Origin: Dicyema japonicum
Lineage: Eukaryota > Animalia > Dicyemida
Direction of reading: 5' to 3'
Length of the DNA stretch: 64,000 nt
Assembly: GCA_011109175.1 (NCBI GenBank)
Contig: RDEW01000075.1
Location: 1-64,000 of the forward strand
Shown: piece by piece, positions 47,429 to 59,989 of the stretch
Layout: every line of letters starts with the position of its first letter
Numbering within the stretch: position 1 is the first letter of the stretch
Program-made: the position numbers and the translations under genes
The notes under the pieces: model-generated
Seen by the model: only the letters and a program-made list of their open reading frames with translations
What the model was told of the DNA's origin: nothing
Database searches by the model: none

Positions 47429-47959
47429 TTCATTTAAAAAGCGCGTTAATTTCATTATTTTTGGTGGGTAAAATTGAAATCATAACCTTGTGGATAGTTA
47501 GTTATTGAAAGAAAACTCCCTTATATTAGTTTTATTAATCAACACCAAAAATCACGAATTTCTTTGTCTGCTTGACTCGTAGAAGAATGCTGTTATCTTT
47601 TTCTATCTCTTATCCTGTTCCGCCTTTGAGTTCTTACACCGACACACCAGATGGATCTCTAAAGTCTTCGCTTTTGGTAGTTACTTTATTGTTAGCCGAC
47701 GGTTTTCTCACTTGAAAAAATCGGGGATAAATAAATAACAAGGATCCGTTCAAAATTGTGGGGGAAAAACTTAGTTCCCAAGAGCTTTTGAAATGTACAA
47801 GCACGTAGTTCAGGATATTATTGAAAATCAACTGGAAATAGTGTTAAAGGCGCTTTCCACCGCAGAGAAAGCAGATAACTAAATAAAAAAAGTATAGAGG
47901 AACGTCTGCTTGTGGAAAAGTAAGTTGACCTTTTTGCTTTCAACAGCTGTATCGTGCCA

Positions 47960-48835
47960 AAAGGACTCGTCGTCTAACAGGTGAGATATGTTTTACAAGA
48001 AATGATCTTCGCTGAAAACTCCATCTTTAGGATTCGAACCCACGACTGTCAGATTCGATTTCGTCAGTCGTTACGTTCAACCTGAAAACCCAACGTTCTC
48101 CCTTAGGTTCTTTCCTTGGATTAATTAGTTGTATTTTTATTATTATTAACCCCAGGCTTACATTCTTTGGTAAGCCCAAGAACCAAAGAGAGAATATCTG
48201 CATGTGCCGACCAAATCCATCTTCCAATAGTACATTAAATGTTTCCACTTCAGAAGAGAGGTGAAGTAAGTTCTCCCTCTTTCATTTTCATCACAAGTCC
48301 TACCGTCACGGACATCACTTCATTCTTCGGCGGAAGTGTTTTCTTAATTGTAATCTTCACCAGTGGAATTGGTCAGGGGGAAGGTAGAAAGATCCCTTTC
48401 AACTACTTTATCGTATCAGAAGGACTCGTCACCGCATGAGTGGGATCTGTTTGACGAGAATTGACCTTCTCCGAAAACTCCATCTTTCGGATTCGAACCC
48501 ACGACGTTACGCCCAGTAAATGTAAATATAAAGTATAGAGGACGACTCATCGACCGATATCCAGTTTCATCACACGTCCTACCATCGCGGCCATCACTTC
48601 ATTCTTCAGCGGAATAGTTTTCATAATGTACCTTCACCAGAGGTTTGGTCAGGTAGAAGGTAGGAAGATCCTTTTCAACTAATTTGTCGTACCAGTAGGA
48701 CTCGTCGCCTCACGGGTGGGTTCTGATTGACAAGAATTGATTTTCGCTGAAAACTCCATCTTTCGGATTCGAATCACACGAAGTTACATTCAGTAAAATA
48801 TATATATAAAGTATAGATGACTCATCGATCTATAT
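47960..48835 (-). mobile_element. Three co-oriented SINE family C copies, two of them head-to-tail
   Basis: Box B followed by GAAAGATGGAGTTTTC (one copy TAAAG) at about 48030, 48490 and 48765; repeated spacer AAAGTATAGA...GACTCATCGA. Confidence 0.8.
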
Positions 48836-49333
48836 ACCGTCTGCGGAGCTATAAGCATCAAGTCACTGATCTTCCTTTAAGAAACTCGGACGCATTGCCT
48901 TGCTGGCTTATCTAGTTAGTCTCCATAGCGGTCCTGATGTGAAACGCCGCATCAATAAATAATTAATTTCTAAAAAACCTAATATCAAATAAAAAATAAA
49001 TATTAGTGCTAAAGAACTCACCCTTGAAGATGACACCCTGCTAAATTTTATTCGATGCACCCTTCGGTGGATCTATAATTGGCTTTGTCAAAGTACGTTC
49101 TTGCATTAAGCTTTATTTAATTGAAATATTGAATTATCTGTCAAATTGATTGCTTGGTTATTAAATGCTTAATTTTAGAGAATTTTTCATGTTTTAAATT
49201 ATGGACTAATTGCGGTTAAATTAACTCAATTAAGTGTGGTATAGCGGTAAATATAAATTTATCGCACTATAGTGTTATCTAAGCATGTCAATAAATGATA
49301 AAAACGTTGAAACGTAGCTAATTGCATTTCTTC

Positions 49334-52300
49334 ATGCTGGTTGTCATGTTATCATTTTTCTCTTCACTCACAGTTAGTCAACTGATGAGTCTGACTAATT
49401 ACATCATCAAGGAAGGTCCTCAAAATAGTGATTTTGGCTATAAGGTTGTGGCTGGGGATAAAAAGTTCGTTTTGATGCTCTCAATCCAGAATATATGTCA
49501 CTGCCCCTCAAGATGACTGGTCATTTTACATTTGCAATTTTTCGAAATCCAAGTATTGCGAGAAAGTAAATCTACCAAAACCCGGTACCCACGTGATCTA
49601 ATATAAGCAGAAAAAGCGAATGACTACAAGATAGCTACTTCAGTCAGCCATTTGGGGACGAGTATTGACTATCTTAATGAGACCTTGCTGGTTAGTGGTA
49701 TCACATTAATCAGATATGTGCCTACAATTTGAGAGTGAAAACGTATAGGGAGAACGGGATGACTGGAGGGTGTTTCCTATATGAGGACCTTCTCGACATG
49801 ACAAAAGTCAAATACTCAATCCCTTGTTTCGATGAAAAATACCCAGACGGGTTCATGGCAATCTATGATACTTGCCTGAGTGGATTTACGGCCAAACTAA
49901 TCCCCGTAAGGATAAAATTGATTAACATTTAGGGAGGAATGCCTGTCTTCACAAGTCCAAATTTCGCAATGGGAGTAGGTGGAATCAACACTCACTCCAA
50001 TCTTGCGTATTTTGGAAGAAAGGACAAATATTTTGGTAGTTTATTTTCTCATCTCTGGCTACGATTTGACGTTTTGGAAGTCTGAAGAGGGATTTGATTA
50101 TTTTTTCGCCTCATCCGTGAAAGGGTCCTCCAAATTTGGGGGAACCGTTTATTTGATTTCAATGAATAAGACATCCTTTGACGTAAAATGGAACTACGAG
50201 AATGATGATTTTGGGTCGTTATTTGGGTATTCCATAAAACTTGGGGATTCGAATAACGATGGGTTCATCGAGCTGTTCGTATCAGCCCCGTTTTACTGGA
50301 AGCGGGATGTTTCAGGGGGGTTCACTTCGGGGGCAATATTTCACTATTCTGTAAAGGGCCAGGTTATTGCTGTTCTTCAACCCCAGAATATAGAAGAAAA
50401 GACTCTACCGAAAATTATTTCGTATTCTCACTTGGACCCAACTAAGGGATATTCTTCGAACTTTGGATTTTCCTTTGAGGTTTTAGATATCAATAATGAC
50501 TCATTTGATGGTTTGTGTTGTTCTCAAAACAAGATTTGATTGTTGGTGAACCGAATTTTGGCAATGGACGAGTTTATGTTTTCCTTGGTAATGGAAATGG
50601 ATTAAATGACAGTCCTGATCAAGTTCTGGTTATTTGATAAATTCAGATAATTGAGGCTGACGAATTAAACTTCTTTCTCGACCAATTTGGATATTTTGTA
50701 GGGAATGGGGGAGACATGGACTCGAATGGCTACACAGATGTCGTTGTAGGAGCGAAGGGATCAAATATGGTTTTTAGAGGAATCATTTAGGTTGCGATGT
50801 TATTCTCCATCTCAAATGTACATCTGACGTATGATATAGCATTTTATCTTCTACAGTGGACGAAGCAGTCAACGACCTAGTCCTGATGAAGGGGGTTAGT
50901 GGAATCTGCGTAAAAACAATTATCACTGTGAAATCAGATAAAATTATCAAGTTTAATTCTTACTTATTTCAGTGAAGAGGTCGTTGTTAAGTACAAATTG
51001 AAGATCCCTGCTGATAGACAAGGTCTCTTAGCCTTGTTTTACAGTACCAAAACTCTTGAGGAGGTGAGCCACGTGACTATCAAATCAAATTCAAGCTCGG
51101 CTCTCATCAGCAGTTCAATATTTGTGGCAGTATTACCGTGTATTTACTAAGAAAACAAATCTCCGGTATTTTGAAGGTCAAACGATCAAAATTTATGCAG
51201 AATTTACGGCCAATAGTGAGGATAAACCCATATTCAACAATTCATTGGAACCACTTACCACCCAAATAGTCCATCCGGAGACAGTCTGCAGACAATATTT
51301 TGTATAATGTGGGAGAATGACAATTTAGCTACCACTTAAACGGTCGTCTGATTTCAACTATTCGAAAATTACGGTGATAGGGGATTTGTCCGACCTGTTA
51401 ACTCTTGCTTTATTTTAGTCACTTTGTGCATTATTCTGCTTGCTTTCCGACGAATAGAATATTCAAAGTTGGCTTCAGCGTGAAGAACATATCCACTGCT
51501 GGGGGCAATATCTCTTTTCAGCTCTATAGCACATTTCCGTTGATTTTGTATCACATCGATAATTCTGTGGTTATTTGATATTCTTAGATTTAGGTTACAT
51601 GCAGCAATAATAGTCTCAATGTGAAATCATGCTTATTCGAGACAAAATCGCTGAGATCTAACAGAATTATCTATTTTAATTTCTTTCTTTTGCTCTCTGG
51701 GGGAATTCCAGTTCATTCAACCCCAGTGTTTGAAGCCAGCATCAAATTGTATGATTTAGCCTCATTAAGAAAAACAAGAAAGGGAATAAAAACTGAGAAC
51801 ATCTGGAAACCACGAAATATTCCGTTTTTGAAGACCAATCACTCAATAATCGGGTTTTAGTTTTTTTTATTAATAAAGGCATGGGTTTTTTTCAGCGACT
51901 GAGTTGGCCTCGAATCAATTGCACGTTCACTTTGTCCACAAATACTTTGTATAGCGGGTATAAGCGAATTTAGATCTCTAACAAGAAATCCGCTGATTAC
52001 CCACTAAACGTGACTATTTGGTGGTCATCGGCATTTGGGGACGAATACAAATTGTGGCCGACGGAAGCCCCTGAAGTATTTACCATCCATTATTTTAGGT
52101 ATACGGTGGGACCTGTTTTTTGAACGATACGTACATTGACCCACGTGGCTTTGTATTATTTTGTTTGCTTATCGCAATAGACTAAGAATTCAAGCCAAAT
52201 TTCGCAAGATTTCAATATCAACGTATTTGGTAATTGATAACTTAGAAATGTGGAACATCGAACTTGAAGGGCCTTATTCCGATCACATGCATTGTACATC

Positions 52301-52675
52301 CACGGAAAAACTCCTCATTAATCCAAATCAAGTCAGATTTCTATCTGGACAACGACGTTTACCCGTAAAATTCACTTTAGGAACTGAAAAATAAATTCAA
52401 TGAATATCACTACCTAACCTCCATTGGTTGCATTTCGGAAATCGACTACTTTTTGAATGAGGGACCGACCCATGCAGTGGTAATGTAGTGCATCGCTAGT
52501 ATAGATCATTTCAAAACTACAGCAAAGTTCGTTGAAGGTGGCAAAAGACGTGATTTGGCCACTTTATTTATTTGGAATTGGATTTTTGATATTTTTACTG
52601 ATGATCTTCATTACAAGAGTATTTTCTGACTAATTTTAGAAATCACGGATTAATGTATTTAAATATCTAAATTAA
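49334..52675 (+). CDS. Integrin alpha chain (FG-GAP propeller, leg domains, TM); many tiny introns; middle exons not fully resolved
   Basis: Signal peptide; SDFGY..., LFGYS...DSNNDGFIELFVSAP, NFGFS..LDINNDSFDDLIVGEP, QFGY...DMDSNGYTDVVVGA; C-terminal TM VIWPLYLFGIGFLIFLLMIFI. Confidence 0.85.
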
Positions 52676-52849
52676 CGATTTTATATTATCGAGCTAATAG
52701 CGCTATTTTTGAACAAAATGATAGTTTATTGCTCATTTATTGTCGTATAGCGTGAGAACCCTAAAGAATCTACGTGTCCGGGATGATAAATCAAAAGCTC
52801 ATTCTCTAATTCACCCTAATCAATTCCATAAATTGACCCAACCATTTAT

Positions 52850-53400
52850 TATTATGGCACTTTCACGAAAGCCATAATGTTTATAGCCCTGCATGTGCAA
52901 CACTTAAAGAAACAATATTTATAGTTAGTCTTTTCCATTTTCCTCTGTCGAATGTGTTTCGAAGTGTCGGGGGAAAGTCCTTATTTTCTTTATTCAACAG
53001 TGTTTCGAAGTGTCGTGCAATCAATTCTGCATTTTCTTCCGGGTTACCCACGAATTTTCCATCTTTGTCTTTGATGTGAAGGGTGTTGTCTTTGATGTGA
53101 AGGTGTTTTGTCCTTTCTTTGTCCGTCCGCAGCAGCCGCAAATCCGCATACATCCTTGAATTGTCCTTTAAGCATTCCACATCTTTTAATAGGGATGTTA
53201 TAATTTACCGTGAGTGTTTGCTGTTCATTTTTTTGATTTTCCATTTTAGTACACTTTGTTTGATATTAAGCTCTTTTTTTACTCTCGTCGGACGTGTTTG
53301 CCGCTTTTAGTCCCGTAGTTCTCTGCAATTCTCTGCCACATATGGCACGTTCGGGTGATGATTCAATTTTTGGGCGTAATGATTTCGGACTCCAAGGCAT
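52850..53400 (-). mobile_element. RTE-like APE-RT linker remnant joined to a SINE-A-type tail
   Basis: IKDKDGKFVGNPEENAELIARHFETLLN; tail GCTATAAACATTATGGCTTTCGTGAAAGTGCCATAATAAT. Confidence 0.55.
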
Positions 53401-53699
53401 ATATTGGCCGACTTGGAGATTACCTGCTTTGTTTGATCCCACACAGTTCGTGTGCTTAGCATAGAAAATTGTACACTTAAGTTCTCAATTTTTTTAAGGA
53501 AAATAGTTTCATTTTTTTATTAATTCCGACTTTTATCTTATATGTGAACTTAAATGAGTTTTTTATTATCATTAAATTTCTAATTACGGAACAAACAGGA
53601 AATTTTTTATTTTTATCGATCAATGAAAATCGTACATTTGTAATTTCAATAATTTGTGTGTTCACCATGTGCCGAATATACTTGCCAAAAGCGTTTTTT

Positions 53700-54600
53700 C
53701 ATTGAATTAATGAGTTTCTCTGTTAAACTTCGTGTGATTTCCTTCCAAACTCTAAAAGCAAGTCATTTATGGTCCCGTAATTACTTTTGTACGTTTCTCG
53801 ATTTACGTGACTCCACAAATTCTCGATGGGGTTTAAATCCGGAGACTGAGCGGGCCACTTGATTTGTTTAATTTGTTTTTCATTAAAAAACTCTTTTACG
53901 ACCCTCGCTGTGTGGCTTGGTGCATTATCCTGCTGAATAACGTAGTCTCCTAGACCCATTTTTCAGCAGACTGAGGAAGATGATTTGTAAGAATGCTTAT
54001 GTTTTTTGCAGCATTCATATTACCCTCAATGGCTACCAAATGGCCCACACCGTAATAAGAGAAACACCCCCAGAACATGATTTTTTTTAATTGAAATTTC
54101 AGTACGCTAACTTTTTCCAAACTTATGAGTTTGTGCGATGAATTCCGGCTTCAAAGAGTCTTTCGCATTTTTATAAACCATTGCGTTCTTTTTTGTCTGT
54201 CTCAGTTCAAATGAACATTCGTCAGAAAGATGTAAGTTTTTCATTCATCATCAGAAACTTGTAAAAAAAATTGACGATTTTCGTCTTTCCAGTATGTTTT
54301 TTTCGACTCTAACAGGGTTTTTTGATTTTTATCGACAGAATATTTCCTTTTATTCAGAGTTCGGATTACTGCATGCCTGGAAACTTGTCTTCCAATGGAA
54401 TTTTTGAGTTCCATAGATAACTTTAGCGACGAAAACTAAGGATTTCACTTGAAATATTGCATAAAGTAATTATCTTATTCATTCATTCAACTTTGGTTGA
54501 CGCCCGAGAAATCCTTCCGGTCTTTTTGTATCTACTGATGAAACTTCCGACAGTAAAAGGAAAGCATCAGTCTCTCTGCACTGTCTTCTCTTGGAAATTT
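53700..54600 (-). mobile_element. Tc1-like (DD34E) transposase, decayed
   Basis: SDECSF, MFWGCFS, QQDNAPSH...WPAQSPDLNPIENLW. Confidence 0.85.
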
Positions 54601-55448
54601 GTCTAAGAAACATTTTTCTGGTTGTGCAGTGCAATTATTTTGACCTTTTAAGACATCTTTTGTCGTCAAATTTAACGTTCGTTAGACCACTTTAGTTATT
54701 GATAAATTAATCATGAAAAAAACAGGAACTAAATTTGCTTTTTGAAAAATTACATTTTATGAACGAGACACACCAATGGAAAGTACTATCTAGAGGGCCG
54801 TACTTGTAGTAGGCCGAGGATAACTTTCTCGGTCGTCCTACAAAGTTAATTGAACAATCTGAAAAAATTAACCCGAGATATTGAGAGCCCTGACTATCAA
54901 TAGAAGTAATTGGAAGAAGTTGACATTCCAAATTGTTTTTTTACTGCGCATGCTAGAGTATAATATTGTGGCTCTCATAAAAGTGCTTAATAATAAAAAA
55001 CGAGATTTAGAACACGTGACTTTTATATGTGTTTAAAAATTCGAATTACTATCCAAGTTGCTTAATGACTCGTTGTGTTACTTCCTGACCAACACTGATT
55101 TACTATGACGGAAGGTAGTTACAGAACGATCAAAGGAAGAATAACTAGAGAGCTTGTGGACGGCCAAAATTAGATGAACGAAAGGTGACGAAATTTAGGA
55201 ATTCCTATGATTTAAGACGTTTGAAGGAATTATAATTATATTTTAATTGTAATAATACACATATTAGACTTACTGTTGTGGTAATCATAATTAAAACTTT
55301 AAAAGTTTCTATTTATGGAAATAATCACTCAGATGTTCTCATAAATCATATAAATGGAATACGGCGACGAAGATCAAAATATAAGAAGGAAGGACTTCCA
55401 TGGAGTCGGCCAAAAAGGAGTCTACTGATACCGGTCCGATATTTTTTT

Positions 55449-56226
55449 ATGTCAGAAAGTTCTTCTACTGAATCAACCCCCTCAGATGTTATCATGGAGA
55501 GACATAAAGATTCCGATGGGGAGGAAATTTACGAGCTAGTTAACAGTAAGCATAGTATTTAAATGGTAGCCTTGCCAGTCTCGGTTTTGATTGGGAACTT
55601 AAGCTCTAAAGTAACGGTCGAAGAACTCAAACTATTTTTCTATGCGAATGATATAAATTTATCAAACGTGGTTTTAATGGATAGGTAGACATGTGATTTA
55701 TTTTTCTAGATATTCCAAAGCTGTAGTTCCCCCTGGGAAACTTCCCACTGCAATTAACCTCATAGGAAGACTGCTTCGTGGAAGGAGAATATCTATAATC
55801 GTAACTGGAGAGTCAATAGAGGATATTGATAAATCCAATCCAATGATCTCAATCTTCGTGAATTACCTCAATAAGAGCACCACGAGAGATTCATTACTAA
55901 ATACATATCCCAAGGCCATATCAGCCTCTGTCGTCTATGATCATAATACTGGAGAATCCAAATGGTGAGAAAACATTAGATAGTTTAGTTACGGATTTGT
56001 AAATTTTGGGAACGAAAAAGACGCCTATCATGCAATGAAAACGGTCACCATGGTGGACGATCAGAAAATCGAAAATGCATTTTCTAGTATTAAATATTTG
56101 GGGACGTATTTAGGAACAGCAAGGAAAATTATGGTTGATAAAGATGCCGAAATAGAAACGTGGACTGAAAATGGTCAGACCACTAAGAAGAAAAAAAGGA
56201 AAAAGAAGAAGAAAAGACGAAACTGA
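55449..56226 (+). CDS. Two-RRM RNA-binding protein with Lys-rich tail (nucleolin-like), 3 or more tiny introns
   Basis: VLIGNLSSKVTVEELK; IFVNYL...VVYDHNTGESKCYGFVNF (RNP1); KKKKRKKKKRRN tail. Confidence 0.75.
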
Positions 56227-57149
56227 CTTTAATTTTTTTATATTTTGATAATAAACTCTTATTATTTATGGAAAAATTTTTTTAGATAAAAACTAGGAAA
56301 TTGGATATTAAAATATATCTATAAATTTTAATAATTAATCAATAAAATTAATTTAATTTAACGTGAGCAAATTTGTCTACTGCTATTAATTAAGAAAAAT
56401 TAAAGGAAATCAGTAATAATCTTGCCGTAGGAGGAGGAATTAGTCCACCTGACAGGTTTCATCTTAAGAAACTCTCTAAAAATTATTTTCGACAAGCAAA
56501 AGGCTTGTATTTTACACGGTAATAAAAAATTACAGTTTTCTGCAAGAACATGAATTAGTGCTGAAAACAATAGAGGTATACTTTAAAGTCACAATTTTTA
56601 GTCAGAACATTTTTAGTCAGAGCATAATTATAATCACTTTAGTAGAGACCGACTATTTTCAAAAATGAGGTAGAAGTATTACGGGATTGATGGTGTCAGT
56701 GATTGGTTAGTTATCTCAAACTGTTGATTTTTTTCAAAAATTTTTTGTTTTTTATTTCCACAAACAAAGAAATTACTGTACATCAAACCGCCTATAACAT
56801 CGATCTTAGCTATAAGACCGAAGGATAGCAATATTGCTGACTTATGAAAGATGGATATTCATGGGTATGATTTCTGATATTAAAGTTTAGATTTTGGTTG
56901 TTTGCATCTTTTCTCAAATATGTTATGATTGAGCTTGCTAAAAATAATCGAGAAGAAAAAATTGTTGCGCTCTTCCAAAATATGTTTTTGTATGTCGGAT
57001 CGTAATTGATCTTACATAGAATGGTAAGGAATTCTGCAATTCCTTAATGGAGGATTTATGCAGAAAATACTCTATAAAACATATCCGAGGTAGGCCACGA
57101 GCCTCATGGATTCAAGGAAAAGTCCAAAGGTAAAATTTAAGTTATAGTT

Positions 57150-57880
57150 TTGTAGATCAAGAACGCCTTCAATAGTCTAAGGAAGGACAATATCCTGAAG
57201 GCCTGTGTTGAGAGATGGCCTAATATTTTCGAATTTGTGAATCAGTCATACAGCCACCTTCATCCTTACTTTTCGGGGACTACCTAATCCATTCGTATTC
57301 TGGAGTGCAACAGGAAGATCCCCTTGGACCCCTATTGTTTTGTCTTGCAATAGAGAAAATCACCAAACTTCCGCGCTCGCCCTTCAACCTATGGTATCTG
57401 GATGATGCGGTCCTCGGAGGACCCCCGGATACTATTTTCCGGGATTTGGACGTGATAACTCCGAAACTGTTGGAAGCTGGACTGGAGTTAAATTACACTA
57501 AATGCAAAATCTACAATTGCGGACTTTCAGAAGATAAGTATTCAGAAGCTTTGTCATGTTTCGGAAATTTATTGCCTGGAAGTATTTCCACACCCGATGA
57601 AGAACGTATATTCCTCGGATCCCCAATCACCATAAATGCAATGGAAAGAGCTATACGTGAAAAACGACTGTTACTCGGAGAAACTCTGAACTGCTTGTGT
57701 CTACTTGACATGCACACAACATTATTTCTCCTGAAAAAAAAGTCTCAACGTACAGAGGCTTGCATATGTCCTGATGACTGCCCTATTTCACACTGTGTGA
57801 TCAACTCGCACAGATTAACGAGATCTTCCGTACGATAGCGAAACGTATCTTCAACGTCCGGTTCGTTGCAGCTCTTGTCA
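57150..57880 (+). mobile_element. CRE-clade RT fragment
   Basis: KNAFNSLRKD, SGVQQEDPLGPLLFCLAI, WYLDD, GLELNYTKC, FLGSPI. Confidence 0.85.
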
Positions 57881-58499
57881 AATTCGTTGCTGCAAGGTTA
57901 GATTCCAGAACTTTACATGCGTATCCTATTGTAGACTCGATTGAACTGTTTGTATATGACATCCAGTCCTGGTTCAATAATAATAATATTTCAATTAAAA
58001 TTATTAGCGTGATTCCTAATATTCCGTGATGAGTCTTGTTTAAAAAAAGTTAGAACTTATAAAGAGGAATATATTTCTTTTGGATTTACTAAGAATCTTC
58101 AGGATCTTCATAAACCGCTTTTTTGCAATGTGGGCAGTGTTTTCTAAAATTAAAAGCGTAAACATCCCAACTCAATTGGAAAAGAAACAGAATTTTTTTT
58201 GAATTAAAAAAGAAATTTGAAAATAAAAACACTTGAACTTCTCGTTTTAATAAAAGTATATTTCAAAATTTTTCTGGACTATTTTATTCATATAAAGTTG
58301 CAGAAATAATTGCAAAAACAGGTTTTACGATTTGTAAAATTATACGATTCCATCGTTGATTTTTTTAAAAGATTTCCCATGATCTTTTGTAACCTCTTCA
58401 AATTGACTGTAAACCACCTTTTTGAATGTCTTGAATTAATACAATGTTCGTCTACAATGTCTGGACTGTACGATCTATGAAAGCGAACGGCTTAATAGC

Positions 58500-58838
58500 T
58501 AATCGTCTTCTACAAGTTAGTGATGCTGGGGTTACTTAACTAACTGAAATGAAATTATTCCAAAGACCAAAGGTAAAACCAACCCGCGATCCTGACGTGT
58601 TCCAATAAAGCCCTCATCCAAACACAGTGATTTAGATAACTTTGTCAAGGAAGCTGAGGTTGAAGTCAAAACTCGTCGCGGGGAGCCAAATTGTCTCTTG
58701 GTGAAATGAAGCTATGAATATTTTTGAATATCGTCCAGGAATTGAGCGTTTCCTGAGTAAGGTGAATCCAACGACGTCACTTGAAAGAAGGTAAATCTTC
58801 AATTTTCAATGTTTTTCAATGTAGCCACATGGCACAAT
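58500..58838 (-). mobile_element. Diverged SINE family B relative
   Basis: GTGCCATGTGGCTAC head and AGTGACGTC...CACC...CTCAGG..ACGC.CA core. Confidence 0.5.
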
Positions 58839-59989
58839 TTGTTTTTCCAAAATTGATATAAAAAACAGCAAATTAAAGATCACGGTTCCTATACTAATTG
58901 ATCACAGTCCCTATATTTTCTTCTACTTGTCCTTGCCAAATTGGATAATACAATCGACCTATGTTAGCATTTTCGTTTTTCACTGACTTTCTTTTGGTTT
59001 TTTTTCCGAAAACCGAGTAAAGAAACCTAACGAATACACATGAAATACCGAAAGAGGTTAAGAGTTAATTAATATCAAATTAAGATATAAGCAGTTCCCA
59101 CGGTGAGCGAGACGCATCTTTTGTAACCACACTCATTGTGTGAACCATTCCATTAAAGAAGGAAGTTAGTGATTTTTATTGGATACGACCAGGTACTTGA
59201 TGTCTCCTGGAACAAATAGATCAGATGACGTTTCTTAGGATTTGAAGAAGGCTCAGAGTAGTAAGAAATTCTTTGACCATGTAGCGAACGGTGTGGGTCA
59301 ACAACTGTATTTTAGGAATGTACTTGTTTTATGACCAATTTATTTTTCTTTAAGTGAGTTTAATATTTAAAAGCCAAGTAATTTTTCCATGTACCTAAAA
59401 TTAGTTTTAGGGGACAAAAATTATTATTAGTTATGAAGTTATTATTATTATATAAGCAAACACTGGTAATTAAGTATAGGTAATGTAATAAAAAACGGCA
59501 TGGCTTGACAGTCTCCCAAGAAGTCTCAGATACTTTTGTAGAGGTAGAAAGCCATGCATATTAGTTTTATGCAAGTTCCTGTAGTAACAAGAGAAAAGAA
59601 CGCCACTGCTAACTAAGTGGTACCAGACAGACAAGGAAAAGGTCGAAACTATTGGGGACGGGAATTTCGAACCACTTTCCACAACGGACATAAAATAAGA
59701 TTTTGAAGTATACAATTAGGATGTAGTAGAGGAAACTGGTTGATAGGTTAGCCGTCCTTACAAATTTCCATTATTGCTCTAGTAAGACTGTTTCCAGAAA
59801 TATTTAATCGATGTTGAATATGGGGTTTTCGATTAGTTTAGTTATATTCATAACTATTTAAAAAAAATAAATAAAACAATAACAATTTTCCATTTTGTTT
59901 AATATTTTTCTTGTCGCTGTTTTACGTGTAACCAATAATTTTACATTTACTAACAATATTGAGATTTATTACCTTTTAGCTTGTTTATT

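Noticed and set aside
56300-59900. Possible genes or DNA-transposon ends in AT-rich stretches
   Set aside because: Apart from the CRE and SINE B pieces, I could not support a splice-consistent ORF or a paired TIR
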